From an uncultured Gemmataceae bacterium (GTDB lineage: Bacteria > Planctomycetota > Planctomycetia > Gemmatales > Gemmataceae), in NCBI GenBank assembly GCA_963750165.1, contig CAVVPN010000011.1, positions 2,284,270-2,348,269 of the forward strand: 64,000 nt of DNA, given 5' to 3'. Shown here one piece after another: positions 28,213 through 39,837 of this stretch. Both the position numbers and the translations under genes were made by a program. The notes under the pieces are model-generated. The model did no database searches, was not told the DNA's origin, and saw only the letters and a program-made list of their open reading frames with translations. Position 1 is the stretch's first letter. Every line of letters begins with the position of its first letter.

Positions 28213-29206
28213 GCGGTGTCACCCGCGCCAGGTTGCCGGCCTCATGTCCGGTGACCACGGCGCCGCCGTCCGGCGTGAACGCCACGCAGTACGTCACCGT
28301 CCGCGGCTTCTTCTCGCCCTTGAGCTGCACTGTGAACGCCGGTTTGCCCGTGTTCAGGTCCCACAAATTCAGACTACCGCCGTAGCCGGCCGTCACCACT
28401 TGCTTGCCGTCCTTCGACACCGCCAGGCCGAAGATGTCGTCCGGCGTCGGCCCCAGTTTCTTGATCTCCTTGCCGGCGGCCACGTCCCACAGGTGCAGGT
28501 GCTTGTCGAAGCCGCCCGTCAGCAGCTTGTCGTTGCCGATGAACGCAGCCACCGTCACGCCGTCGCGGTCCTTGGTGACGTCGCCCAGGGCCTTCAGCTC
28601 CTTCTGCCCTTTTACGTCCCAGACCTTGACGGCGACGTTGGCCGGCGGCGTCGGCTTGCCGGCCGGGCCGGGCTCGAAGTTGCTGGTGCTGGCCAGCAGT
28701 TTGCCGTCCGGGCTGAACGCCACCGCGTACACCGAACTGGCGTGCGTGCCGAGGTTCTTGACCTCCTTGCCGTCCTTCGGATTCCACAGCCGCACCGATT
28801 TGTCCACGCTGCCCGAGGCCAACAGCGTGCCGTCTGGTGAATACGCCACGCTCTGCACGATGTCCGTGTGGCCCTTCAGTTCCTTGATCAGCGTGCCGTC
28901 CTTCACGTTCCAGATGCGAATGGTCTTGTCCTGGCTGGCGCTGGCCAGCTGTTCGCCGTTGGGGCTGAAGGCCACGCAGTAGACGGCGTTGGTGTGGCCC
29001 TTGAGCGTCGCTTTTTCCTTGCCGGTCTTGAAGTCCCACAGCTTGATCGTGTTGTCGAAACTGCCGGTCGCCAGCAGTTCGCCCTTGGGGCTGAACGCCA
29101 CGCTGTACACGAAATTCGTGTGGCCCTTGAACACGGCCGGCGGTTGCGCCGCCGCCGCGCCCCCCAGGGCCGCTACCAGCACCAATGCCATCGTGTGCCG
29201 AACCAT
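28199..29206 (-). CDS. WD40 repeat protein (signal peptide)
   Basis: Canonical GHT..VYSVAFSP.G..LASGS.D repeats. Confidence 0.92.
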   Translation of the reverse strand: MVRHTMALVLVAALGGAAAAQPPAVFKGHTNFVYSVAFSPKGELLATGSFDNTIKLWDFKTGKEKATLKGHTNAVYCVAFSPNGEQLASASQDKTIRIWNVKDGTLIKELKGHTDIVQSVAYSPDGTLLASGSVDKSVRLWNPKDGKEVKNLGTHASSVYAVAFSPDGKLLASTSNFEPGPAGKPTPPANVAVKVWDVKGQKELKALGDVTKDRDGVTVAAFIGNDKLLTGGFDKHLHLWDVAAGKEIKKLGPTPDDIFGLAVSKDGKQVVTAGYGGSLNLWDLNTGKPAFTVQLKGEKKPRTVTYCVAFTPDGGAVVTGHEAGNLARVTPLKKK

Positions 29207-29229
29207 GATGCAAACTCCTTCACACCGCC

Positions 29230-29354
29230 CTGTTGTGGCCCGGTCTCCGGATCGGGCCACGGCCGCGACCGCAGGTCTCCTCTTCGGGTTCACAAGCATT
29301 CGGGGAGACCTTCGGTCGGGCTCGTGGCCTGGTCCGGAGACCAAGCCACAACAG
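29230..29354. repeat. REP-like palindrome cluster
   Basis: ctgttgtggc...gccacaacag ends with internal aggtctcc/ggagacct inverted repeats. Confidence 0.6.
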
Positions 29355-29383
29355 CTTTGAGATCAAACCACAACGATATCGAT

Positions 29384-32300
29384 TTACACGCCGACGCCGG
29401 CCGTCGCCGGGCTCCTGTCCCCACCGCCCGGAGCGAAGCCGCGCCGCATCGTATTTTCTGTGATAGTCCGCGGCACCACGAACTGCAACAAGTAATCCGG
29501 CCCGCCTGCCTTCGAGCCGATGCCCGACATCTTGAAGCCGCCGAACGGCTGCCGATGCACCTGCGCCCCCGTGATCTTGCGGTTGACGTACAGATTACCC
29601 ACGCGGAACTTCTTCTTCACGCGGCGGATGTTCTCCGGGCTGCGCGAGTACACGCCGCCCGTCAGCGCGTAGGAGGTGCCGTTGGCGATGGTCAGCGCCT
29701 CGTCCAGGTCCGCCGCCTTCAGCACGGCCAACACCGGCCCGAAAATCTCCTCCTGAGCGATCACCGCCGTCGGCGCCACGTCCGCGAAGACGTGCGGGCC
29801 AATGAAATAGCCCTGATCTTTGAGCGGCCCCGGGTCGCCCGCGTACACCAGCCGCGCCTCCTGCTTGCCTTTCTCGATGTAATCGCGGATGCGCTGTCCG
29901 GCCTCCGCATCGATCACCGGCCCCACCGTACAGGCGGAATCCTCCGCCGGCGCGACGATCAGGCTGCGCGTCGCCTCGATCAGCCGCTGCAAAAAGGCGT
30001 CGTGCAGCGACTCCAGCACAATCGCCCGCGAACACGCCGAGCACTTCTGCCCCTGGTAGCCGAAGGCGCTGCCGACGACGCCGTGCACCGCCTCGTCCAG
30101 GTCGGCGTCGGCGTCCACGATGATCGCGTTCTTGCCGCCCAGCTCCGCCAGCACGCGCTTGATGTGGTCCTGCGCCGGTTGCACGGCCGCCGCCTCACGG
30201 TTGATGAGCAGTCCCACGGTGCGCGAACCGGTGAACGCGATCATGGCCACGTCCGGGTGGTTCACCAACGTCGGCCCGATCTCCTCGCCGATGCCCGGGA
30301 GGTAGTTGACCACGCCGCCCGGCAAACCGATTTCCTCGAAGACCTCCATCAGCTTGGCGGCCATGACCGACGACTGCTCCGCCGGCTTCATGACGACCGT
30401 GTTGCCCGTGACCAACGCCGCCGTCGTCATGCCGGTCAGGATCGCTAGCGGGAAGTTCCACGGCGCGATCACCACGCAGACGCCGCGGCCCTCGTAAATG
30501 GTCAAATTCTCCTCGCCGGGCAGTTTCACCGCATGGCCGGCCGCCAGCCTGAGCATTTCGCGCGCGTAATACTCGCAGAAGTCAATGGCCTCGGCCACGT
30601 CAGCGTCGGCCTCGCGCCACGGCTTGCCGCACTCGAAGATTTGCCACGCCGACAACTCGAAGCGCCGCCGCCGCATCACCGCCGCGGCCCGACGCAGGAA
30701 CTCGGCCCGCTCGCCCGGCTCGGCGTCGCGCCACGCCGGGAAGGCACCCCACGCCGCCGCGATGGCGTCGCGCGCCTGCGTGGCGCTGGCCTTGCCGCAG
30801 CGGCCGACGACCTCGCTGGCGTGCGACGGATTCAGCGATTCAATCCAGCCGTCTGTCGGGATGTGCTGGTGGCCGATGACGAGCGGATATTGCTTGCCGA
30901 ACTGCTGACGGACAGCGGCCAGGGCGGCGGCCTGCTGCGCGCGAGCGTCGGCGCGGCTGAAGTCGGTGACCGGCTCATTCCGGAAGATGTCGGTGGCCTC
31001 GTGATTGATCGTTTCGCGAACCGATACATCATTGGCGTGCGGTTTCATGAGCAGGACATCCTCCGACACATGTTCGGTGAAGCTGGCGCAGGAACGACTC
31101 GTTGGCGGTGTTCTCCAGCAGGCGCCGCACCAGGTACGCCATGCCCGGCAGCAATTGGCCATATGGCGTGTACACGCGCACGCGCCGGCCCAGCGACACC
31201 AGCGCCGCCTTGACCGGCTCCGCCATGCCGTAGAGCATCTGGATTTCGTAGCTTCGCGGCGGCAGTCCGAGCACGTCCGCCAGCGCCAGGGCGTGGGCGA
31301 TGCTGCGGACATTGTGGCTGCCGAACGCCGGCCGCAGCACGTCATGGTGCTCGAACAGCAGCCGGGTCATGCGCTCGTAGCAAGCGTCGGTGGCGGCCTT
31401 GTCGGTGAAGACCGGCACCGGCCAACCCTGCTGGGCGGCGTTGACGGTTTCGTAATCCCAGTACGCGCCCTTGATGAGCCGCACTTGCACCGACGCCCCG
31501 GTTTGATCGCGGCGGCGGCGCGACCATGCGGCCAGTTCGGTCAGGTCGTGGTCGGTGTCGCGCAGGTACGCCTGGATGGCGATGCCCACGTCGGACCAGT
31601 CGCGGAATTCGTCTTCCTCCAGCATGTCGCGAAAGATTTGCAGTGTCGCGTCCTTGAAGGCGTGCTGCTCCATGTCGAAGTTGAGGAAGGCCCCGTGCCG
31701 CCGGGCAGCGCGAAACAGCGGCCGCAGCCGGTCGCGCACCGCCCGGCTGGTGCGCTCCGGCGCAATCGGGTCGAACTGGCTGTACAGCGACGACAGCTTC
31801 AGCGACACGTTAACGCGCGGCAGCGGCCCGCGCTCATCGCGGTCGATACTTGCGACGGCCGGCCAGTGATTGACCTGCCGGCTCAGGCCCTCGATGAGTT
31901 GCAGGCAGGCCCGTTGATACTGTTCGGCCTCGAACTCGGTGATGGTGGCCTCGCCGAGCAGATCGACGGTGAAGGCGAGAGACTGGCCGCGCAGGCGGTG
32001 AATGGTGTGCAGGGCCTCGTCGAGGTTGGAGCCGGCGATGAAGCGGCGGGCCATGCGCTCGGCACTGCTGCGGGCCACGGTCGCCAGCACCTGACCGGGC
32101 ACGCCGCCGGTGGGGATCCAGCGCAGCCCGAAGCGCGCCCAGCCGGGCAGCGCTGCGCGAGCCTCCTCGAAATATTCGCGCAGGTGCCGGCTGACCTCCG
32201 GCGCGGCGTGGAGCATCGGCAGCACGTCGATGAAGCGGAACAGCTGCAACTTGACGGCCTCCTCGGCCATCGTCCATTCCATGAGGCGCTCGTCGAACCA

Positions 32301-32429
32301 ACCTGGGCTGAACAGTAGGGGGCCGCGGCGGTCGAGGCGCGCGAACAGCTCGTGACCATAAGCCCGCGTCAGGTGCTCGACCGCGGCGTCCTGGTCGGCA
32401 CGGTCGGCGGCGGGCGGGGTTAAATCCAT
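29384..32429 (-). CDS. putA: Bifunctional proline dehydrogenase / P5C dehydrogenase (frameshift at ~31087)
   Basis: PRODH motifs VRLIKGAYWD and AYLVRRLLEN; ALDH motifs PWNFP, ELGGKN, GQKCSA, QPFGG in the next frame. Confidence 0.9.
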
Positions 32430-32537
32430 CGCACCTCTCCGCGAATCACAAGATGGGGCGGACCTACCCGCCACCGCGGGGCGCTGTTACTATGATGGCC
32501 GATGGGGCCTGCGCTTCTTTTTGAGCGATCACCTATC

Positions 32538-33398
32538 ATGGACATCGGCGCCATCGGCAAGTTTCAGATCCTGGGCACCCTCGGTAGCGGCGCGCACAGT
32601 ACCATCCTGCACGTTCGCCGCAGTACCGACTCGAAGCAGTACGCCCTCAAGGTGGTGCCGCTGGAAACGAAGGAGGACCACAAGTTCCTCGAACAGGCCC
32701 AGCACGAGTTCCGCGTCGCCAGAATGCTGGACCACCCGCATTTAATCAAGGTGTATGCCCTGGAGACGGTGCGCGACTGGCTGTTCCGCGTGCGCAAGGC
32801 CCACTTGCTGATAGAGTACGTCAACGGCAAGACGCTGGACACGGTGAAGGGATTGTCGTTGCCGCGGTTGGTGCAGGTCTTCGAGCACATCGCCGCCGGC
32901 CTGGTCCACATGCACCGCCGTGGCGTCTGTCACGCGGACCTGAAGCCGAACAACATTCTGTTGAGCCGCACCGGCGACGTGAAGATCATTGACTACGGCC
33001 TGGCCCACATCAAGGGTGAAACCAAGGGCCGCGTGCAGGGCACCCCGGAGTACATGGCCCCCGAACAGGCGCGCTCCGGGACCGTCAACGAGCGCACCGA
33101 CATTTACAACCTCGGCGCCACCATGTACCGCCTGGTGACCTGGCGACTGCCGCCGAGCACGCTGCCGGCCGCCGACGGCATAACTGTGACCGCCAAGGTG
33201 TTTCAGAACATGCTCAAGCCAGTGCAGGAGTACAACGCCGCGTGCCCGAAGGAACTGTGCAAGCTGATCGAGCGCTGCCTGTCGTTCCAGCCCCAGTCGC
33301 GGCCCGAACGCGCCAGCGAGGTGCAGGCGGCGCTCGACCAGCTGGCGGAAGCGCTGGTGCAGTCAGAAGACGATCGGTTGGACACGATGGAATGGTAA
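32538..33398 (+). CDS. Ser/Thr protein kinase
   Basis: LGSGAHS, YALK, HADLKPNN, DYG, GTPEYMAPE. Confidence 0.92.
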   Translation: MDIGAIGKFQILGTLGSGAHSTILHVRRSTDSKQYALKVVPLETKEDHKFLEQAQHEFRVARMLDHPHLIKVYALETVRDWLFRVRKAHLLIEYVNGKTLDTVKGLSLPRLVQVFEHIAAGLVHMHRRGVCHADLKPNNILLSRTGDVKIIDYGLAHIKGETKGRVQGTPEYMAPEQARSGTVNERTDIYNLGATMYRLVTWRLPPSTLPAADGITVTAKVFQNMLKPVQEYNAACPKELCKLIERCLSFQPQSRPERASEVQAALDQLAEALVQSEDDRLDTMEW

Positions 33399-33463
33399 CT
33401 ACTCTTCCTCCCCTCTCCCCTTCAGGGGAGAGGGGAGTCAGACACTGAGAAAGGGACCGCCCC

Positions 33464-34693
33464 ATGGCCGAGTACGTGGACCGCGAGCACTACATCCCGC
33501 TGCGTCTGAGCGACCTGATCGACCTGCTGTGTTCCCAGAAGGACCTGCCGGCGCACGAGCGCCAGGAGTTCCGCCAGTTCTGCCGGCTGGTGGCGGCAAC
33601 CTTCCATTTCGAGTACCACGAACGGCTGCGTCAGCTCAAGGACCATTACGCTCCGTTCGACCCCGACCGCGTCACCACAACGCTGGCCAAACTGTTGCCG
33701 GAGGTCAAGGAAAAACACATCGACAAGCTCTTCGACGAGTTCGTCAAGCTGATGGAGCGGGCCAACTACAAGCGGCTGTCACGCGAGGAGATCGAAAAGG
33801 CCCTGGAGGGCTCCAGCGAGTGGGGCCTCGATATGGACGTGAACTTCGACGCCTTCGAGCACCTGGAAGTCTTCATCCGCGGTGACGACATGGGCAAGCG
33901 CTACCTGCGGCGCTGGTATCGGCCGTGGACCACGGAGGAGGTCAAGGTGCCGGTCTACCGCCGCTTCGTGCTGATGGTCAAGGCACGCAAACACAAGCGA
34001 CTCGGGCCAGAAGTCAATGTCGAGGACGTTTATGTCAAGATGTTCAAGGACATCCCCAAGATGGACATCGAGATGCTGCTGCCCGGGGCGCAGGTCAAGA
34101 TGCCCAAATTCACGCTCCTGAAGATGGGCGGCTCGGTCATCACCGGGTTGGGACTGATCGTCTGGAAACTGGCGCAAGAAGCGGCGATCCTCCTCACCGA
34201 GGTGGCGCGCGGCGGCCTCTTCATCCTGTACGCCCCCATCGCCGCGGTGCTGGGCTACGGCTACAAGCAGTACTACGGCTACAACGTCGCCAGGCAAACT
34301 TACAGCTTGCAGCTGACGCGCAGCCTGTATTATCAGAACCTCGACAACAACCAGGGCGTGTTCTACCACGTCATCGACGAGGCCGAGGAGCAAGAGTGCC
34401 GCGAGGTCATCCTGGCGTACTTCTGCCTTTGGCGCTCCGCCCCCGAGGCCGGCTGGACGGCCGCCGACCTGGATGATTATGTTGAGATGGAACTGGAACG
34501 GCTGGCGAACCTGAAGGTCGATTTCGAGATCGGCGACGCGCTGGAGAAGCTCGACCGGCTCGGGCTGGTCGAGAAGCAGGGCGACCGCTACCGGGCCAAG
34601 CCGCTGCGCACGGCGCAGGAGCGGCTGGATTATTTGTGGGACAATTATTTCCAGTACAACAACGCGCCGGCGGCGCCGGCGCCGACGGCGTGA
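33464..34693 (+). CDS. TMEM143/DUF3754 family protein
   Basis: REHYIP, KMFKDIPKMDIEMLLP, LYYQNLDNNQG, AEEQECRE. Confidence 0.8.
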   Translation: MAEYVDREHYIPLRLSDLIDLLCSQKDLPAHERQEFRQFCRLVAATFHFEYHERLRQLKDHYAPFDPDRVTTTLAKLLPEVKEKHIDKLFDEFVKLMERANYKRLSREEIEKALEGSSEWGLDMDVNFDAFEHLEVFIRGDDMGKRYLRRWYRPWTTEEVKVPVYRRFVLMVKARKHKRLGPEVNVEDVYVKMFKDIPKMDIEMLLPGAQVKMPKFTLLKMGGSVITGLGLIVWKLAQEAAILLTEVARGGLFILYAPIAAVLGYGYKQYYGYNVARQTYSLQLTRSLYYQNLDNNQGVFYHVIDEAEEQECREVILAYFCLWRSAPEAGWTAADLDDYVEMELERLANLKVDFEIGDALEKLDRLGLVEKQGDRYRAKPLRTAQERLDYLWDNYFQYNNAPAAPAPTA

Positions 34694-34974
34694 GGGTTGG
34701 TGCCGGCCCAGGGGAAAAACTTGTACAAGTCCTTGCGAGGCAGGCACCGGACAAAATCAACCGTGTCACCGTCCACCGCGACACCGATCCGGTGTTCGCC
34801 CACGCGGATTCGGTAGTAGTTGGTGGTGTCGCTCATCTGCTTCAGGTTCGGGATGTTTTCCAAACTGGTCGCCTCCTCGACGGCCTCGATGGCCTGGCGG
34901 ATGCGGTCCAGAAGTTTCTGGTCCTCGAGCTTTTTCAGGTCGCGCGCGAAGCTTTTGCGGAACGTCGTGTTCAT
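34645..34974 (-). CDS. RelE/ParE family toxin
   Basis: FRKSFARDLKK, YYRIRVGEHRIG, RKDLYKFFP; ATGA-coupled to the upstream small gene. Confidence 0.85.
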   Translation of the reverse strand: MNTTFRKSFARDLKKLEDQKLLDRIRQAIEAVEEATSLENIPNLKQMSDTTNYYRIRVGEHRIGVAVDGDTVDFVRCLPRKDLYKFFPWAGTNPHAVGAGAAGALLYWK

Positions 34975-35177
34975 GACTCGCCCCGCAGGATTTGAAAGAC
35001 CTCCTCTCGGGCAACGGGTTTTGTCTTCAGCCCCTCGCGGATGGCCTCGGTGAGGGCAAAATCTTCGAGCACGTCCGTAAAGACTTCGTGCAACAGTTCG
35101 CGGTTCTCGCGCAGTGTTTCCGCCAGGGCTTCTTTCAACAAGCGCTTCAAGGCGGTCGGGTCGAGGTCGGTCGTCAT
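34971..35177 (-). CDS. Putative antitoxin
   Basis: 68-aa acidic protein (LEDFALTEAIREG) directly upstream of the RelE-like gene. Confidence 0.75.
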   Translation of the reverse strand: MTTDLDPTALKRLLKEALAETLRENRELLHEVFTDVLEDFALTEAIREGLKTKPVAREEVFQILRGES

Positions 35178-35441
35178 GAAGCGGCGCTCCAGCGATCTTC
35201 CGGCGCTGCCGCCGCGGAAACGGGCTTGCAGCGGTGTCCACTTTCGGGTATGACTTCTTCTCGCACGCCAAGAAGCGTGGGGATGATCCCCACGGCATTT
35301 CTCGCCACGCGGCACGGACGCTGCCGCTTTCCTGGCTGGTCCCGACCCCGCACCACGATTCTCCGCCGCGACCTTTTCTGGTTTTCACCACCGTCGGCCG
35401 CCCCGCGCGGCCCACCTTCGCCAGGTTAGGAGACCCCTACC

Positions 35442-35851
35442 ATGCTTGTCTTCGCGCGAAGTGCGCTCAACAGATTGCGTTCCCCGACCACCACATCCAC
35501 GTCAAGGTGCTGGCGGTCAAACCGGGCGTGGTGCGCCTCGGCATCGAGGCGCCGCCGGACGTGCGCGTGCTGCGCGGCGAGCTGCCCGACCGCGTCGCCG
35601 AGTGGGGCCCGGAGCCCGAGGAGCGGCCCGGCCAGCTGGAGCAGCTGACGCGCAAGGGCCTGACGCTGGCCAGCGTCGGCGTCGGCCTGGCCCGGTTGCA
35701 GGTGGACGCCGGGCTGACCGATGACCTGCGCCAGACCCTGGAACAGCTTCACGAACAACTGCAATGGCTCCGCAATCAATGGCAGCCCGACGAAGCCCCG
35801 CCCCGCAAAGCCCCCGTGTCGCCGGCCGAGTCCCTGGCCGTTTGCTCATGA
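35442..35851 (+). CDS. CsrA-like carbon storage regulator with C-terminal extension (frameshift at ~35458)
   Basis: GGAG RBS then MLVFAR; continues in another frame as QQIAFP...VRLGIEAPPDVRVLRGEL. Confidence 0.7.
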
Positions 35852-35861
35852 CAGCGGTGTC

Positions 35862-35929
35862 GGGCGAGCGGCGCGGCGTCAGTTCGCCGGTCCTGTCTTG
35901 ACCGGCGGCCTGATGCTGCGCCGCTCGCC
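35862..35929. repeat. REP-like palindrome (GGCGAGCGG family)
   Basis: ggcgagcggcgcggcgtcag...ctgatgctgcgccgctcgcc. Confidence 0.75.
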
Positions 35930-36005
35930 TGGTGGCGGGCTGCCCTTGCCCGGGGTATGATTAATGCTACCAGTGTGGCATTCCCCCCAGGCGGAGGGCG
36001 ATCCC

Positions 36006-36968
36006 ATGAACGAGGCAACCAACCGGCGGCGATTTCTCCGACAACTGCTGGGCGCCGCGGCGGCCGCGGGCATCGCGGCCCGGAGCCACGCGGCCCCCGT
36101 GCAGCAGGCCCAGGGCCCACCGCCCATCGTGGACACGCACCTGCACCTGTGGGATCTGAAGCACTTTACGCTGCCCTGGATTCAAAAGGGTTCGCCGCTG
36201 AACCGCAGTTACGTCATGAAGGACTGGCTGACCGCGACCGCCGGCCTCAACGTCGTCAAGGCGGTCTACATGGAAGTTGATGTGAATCCCAAGCAGCAGG
36301 TCGCCGAGGCGGAATACGTCACGGACCTCTGCCGTCAGGGCAAGACGCCAATGGTCGCCGCCGTCATCTCCGGCCGTCCCGCCGCCGCCGACTTTGGCCA
36401 GTATCTCAACCGCTTCAAGGGCAACGCCCACATCAAGGGCGTCCGCCAGGTGCTGCACACGCCGGCCACGCCCGCGGGCTTCTGCCTGGGCGAAGCGTTC
36501 GTCAAGGGCGTTCGCCTGCTGGGCGAACGCGGTCTGAGCTTCGACCTGTGCCTGCGGCCGACCGACCTGCGCGACGGCCTCAAGCTGTCCGAGGCGTGCC
36601 CCAGCACGCGCTTCATCCTGGACCACTGCGGCAACGGCCCGGTGTTCACGAAGGACCGTAGCCAGTGGCAAAAGGACATGGCCGCGTTGGCGCAGCGCAA
36701 GAACGTTGTCTGCAAGGTATCGGGCATCGTCGCCCAGTGCCGGCCCGGCAAATGGACCGCCAACGATCTGGCCCCGGTCGTCAACCACACGCTGGACGTA
36801 TTCGGGCCGGACCGGGTCATGTTCGCCGGCGATTGGCCGGTGTGTACGCTCGGGGCGACGTACCGCCAGTGGGTCGAGGCGCTCCGCCAGATCGTGCGAC
36901 AGCGGCCGCTCGCCCAGCAACGGCGGCTGTTCCACGACAACGCCGTGGCCTTCTACGGCCTGAAGTGA
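36006..36968 (+). CDS. Amidohydrolase_2 family (L-fuconolactonase-like), Tat signal
   Basis: NRRRFL, DTHLHLW, LDHCGN, FGPDRVMFAGDWPV. Confidence 0.88.
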   Translation: MNEATNRRRFLRQLLGAAAAAGIAARSHAAPVQQAQGPPPIVDTHLHLWDLKHFTLPWIQKGSPLNRSYVMKDWLTATAGLNVVKAVYMEVDVNPKQQVAEAEYVTDLCRQGKTPMVAAVISGRPAAADFGQYLNRFKGNAHIKGVRQVLHTPATPAGFCLGEAFVKGVRLLGERGLSFDLCLRPTDLRDGLKLSEACPSTRFILDHCGNGPVFTKDRSQWQKDMAALAQRKNVVCKVSGIVAQCRPGKWTANDLAPVVNHTLDVFGPDRVMFAGDWPVCTLGATYRQWVEALRQIVRQRPLAQQRRLFHDNAVAFYGLK

Positions 36969-36972
36969 CGTT

Positions 36973-37148
36973 ATGGACGAACCCACCCTGGACACGCGGC
37001 AACTGGTCCGCTGCCTCGAACGGATGCGCCGTAGCGACGCGCAGGCGCGCGACGAGTTGCTGAACCACGTCTGCGCCTCGCTGGAGGACATGAAGGAGTA
37101 CATGGAGTGAACTTGCTCCTGGACTCGCATACGCCCCGCTGTTCTTGA
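36973..37148 (+). pseudogene. Composite remnant: ECF sigma N-terminus, antitoxin-like tail and PIN/VapC start
   Basis: MDEPTLDT...DAQARDELL, then LEDMKEYME*, then overlapping GTG-NLLLDSHT, which is truncated. Confidence 0.5.
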
Positions 37149-37153
37149 TCCTT

Positions 37154-37945
37154 TCACGGCACCAGCCAGAAGTACACGCCCAGCAGCACCCCCGCTCCCA
37201 GCGACAGCGCCCCCAGGCCCAGCCAGCGCCGCGTCTTGAGCGACGCCAGCAAGATCAAGCCCGTCAAACCCAAACACACCATCAGCACCGCGGCGCTGTC
37301 GATGACCCACGGCCACGCCCATCCCGGATGGCGATGGCTCGCCTTGCCGCGGTGCAGATCCGCCAGCCGCCCGGCCAGGTTGAATGTCTGATAGACCACC
37401 TCCAGGTCGCCGGCTTTGCGCGCCTTCCTGGTCTCCGCGTCCGGGGGCTGCTCACCGTCCTTGCCGTTGGCACCTTCCACGGGGGCGTTGTCGCCGGGTG
37501 GCGGGTCGTCGCCCTTGCGCTCGATGTTGACGTGGACTTCGCGGCCCGGGGCTTTGAACCGCACCCGGATCTGATTCTCGTCGATCTCGAAGCCGCTTTC
37601 CCTGTCCTCTTCCTCGTCGATGTCGAGGGGCAGGGTGATGCCGTACCCCTTGCGCAGTTGCTCCACCACGCGGAGTTTGTCCACCGGTTCGCGCAGGAGG
37701 GCAGGCGGCAAGGTGCCGAACTCCTTGTGTTCGTCGGCCTCCCGCTGTTGCAGCCAGTCGGGATGGTTGAGGAGCAGCCCGGTCAGGCCGAATAAGAGCA
37801 GCACCAGCAGGCCGAACATGCTCACCACCAGGTGCGCCAGCCGGGCTGACTTCATCAGCCAGCGGTACAGCGTGTGGCCCAGATTCTGCAACGCCGGGCG
37901 GTCCACGCGTGCCGCCGGGCCGAGCTTCGGGGTACTCACCGCCAT
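37154..37945 (-). CDS. PepSY-associated TM helix protein
   Basis: HLVVS, GLTGLLLNHPDW, LADLHRGK, VIDSAA. Confidence 0.8.
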   Translation of the reverse strand: MAVSTPKLGPAARVDRPALQNLGHTLYRWLMKSARLAHLVVSMFGLLVLLLFGLTGLLLNHPDWLQQREADEHKEFGTLPPALLREPVDKLRVVEQLRKGYGITLPLDIDEEEDRESGFEIDENQIRVRFKAPGREVHVNIERKGDDPPPGDNAPVEGANGKDGEQPPDAETRKARKAGDLEVVYQTFNLAGRLADLHRGKASHRHPGWAWPWVIDSAAVLMVCLGLTGLILLASLKTRRWLGLGALSLGAGVLLGVYFWLVP

Positions 37946-37947
37946 GA

Positions 37948-39493
37948 CTACTTCCCCTTCGGCCCGTAGCGCACCTGCGTCTCCGCCGTCTCCGCCGTCT
38001 TCGCCAGTGTGATGCTGACCGGGTCGGGGCCGCCGCACTTCAGCGAACCCGTCTGCCGCACGTACTTGCCGTGCTCGCGGTGGACCTCCACCTGCACCTT
38101 GTACGTGGCCGGTTCGACCGGCATTTTCCTGTCGTCCAGGCCGTCCCAGACAACGGTGTACTTGCCGGCCGGCCGCGTCGCCCGCGTCACCGCATTGACG
38201 AACTTCGTGTCCTTGCCGTGCAACTTCCACCACTGATACAGCTGCGGCTGCCAGCGCGGCTGCCGGCCCCAGACCTCCAGGGTCCGCACCGGCTTGCCTT
38301 GTGCGTCCTCGATCCAGACGGCGACATAAGGCCGCTTGGGCCGCTGCTTCGCCGGGATCAACGTGAACGTGATCGCCACCTGGTTGGCCGCCGGCCACTT
38401 GCCGGCCTGGGCCCTATCCTTGTCCTTCTCCTCCTGCTCCGCGACCTCGTAGGCGGCGAAGCCGGCGCTGCGATACCCCTTGCCATCGGCGCCGATCACC
38501 AGGCAGGCGGCGCCCGGCGTCGCCTCGACCAACCGCACGCCCTCCGCGGGTGACAGCACGCACAGCGTCGTGGCCAGAGCGTTGGCGATGGTGCTGTCGC
38601 GCGCGATGACGGTGCTGCTGGCGACGCCCGCCGCGGGCCGGCCGGTGCGCGGGTCGAAGATATGCGAGTAGCGCTGGCCCTGGATCGTGTAGTAGCGCTC
38701 GTAGGCGGCGCTGGTAGCCACGGCGGCGTCACGCAACCGCACGCGCGTCAGCGGCGGCGCGTTGTGCTCCGGCCGCCGCGGGTCCGCCACGCCGATGTGC
38801 CAGCCCTGGCGGAATCCGTCCGCGTCGCCCAGGGCCATCAGGTCGCCGCCCAGGTTCACGAGCAGGCCGCGCACGCCCGGCACCTCCTCCTTCGCCTTGC
38901 GCCGCCCGGCTCAGGATGTAACCGCGGCCGATGGCGTTGACGTTGATCTGCTGGTCCGTCAGGCGCGTCACCGTGCCCGCCGCCGCGTCGATGCGCCACG
39001 CCGGCCGGGCCACGCGCTCCACCAGCGCCCGCAGGGCCGTGTCGTCCGGCAGCCGATTCTGCTTCTCCGCCTCCTTCCAGGTGCGGACCAGCTCGCCCAG
39101 CTGACCGTTGAGGGCGCCGCCGCTGCGCCGCTGCCAGACCTCGTACTGAGCGAGCACGTCGAGCAACTCGGGCGCGCACGGCACCGGGCCGGTTGTGCGG
39201 TTGACCCGGCTGATCGCGCTGGCCGGGTCGTAGGTGCTCAGCAGCCGCCGCAGCCGTTCGATCTCGTCCAGGACGACCCGCTCGCACCGGCGGGCCTCGT
39301 CGGCGTCGGCGGTGACCACCACCAGGTCGAGCGAGGTGCCAAGGATGTTCTCGTGCTGGAAGGTGAACTCGCGCGGCGTCGCCGGCACACCGGCGGGCAG
39401 CCAGTTCATCAAGCCGAACAGGCCCAGCAAGCCGGCGAGCACGACGACATAACGGAAGCGGTGGGATGGCTGCGGCGGTCGTTTGGGGGCCAC
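37948..39493 (-). CDS. ApbE-like FAD:protein FMN transferase fused to DUF2271 (frameshift at ~38900)
   Basis: ENILGTS, NAIGRGY, VNLGGD, ATS, SHIFDPRTG; C-terminal RPYVAVWIED...EVHREHG. Confidence 0.82.
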
Positions 39494-39837
39494 GGCAAGT
39501 CTCCTTAACGGGTATCTGAACGGCCTGGCTGGAAAAGGCCGCAGAGTGGTTGGCGGGATTTTGGGAGAGGGGCCCGGCCAGCTTTCCAATTCAACCCCGC
39601 GCATCCGGCGAGGTCTCGGAAGCAACCGCCAGGCCATCTTACGAATCGGACAGTGCCTCGACCGCGCAGCGTGCATAAAATCTTCTTCATGATGGCGAGG
39701 GCACCCGCGGCAGAATGCCATTGACGCGGCCCCACAAACCCGGACAATAACGTGGCGAACCCGGCTTCTTCCTGGTCGCATTCGGTCAGCTGCGCGGACA
39801 GTTGGTCCTGTCCCTGGCGAAAGAGTAGCGGTCGATC

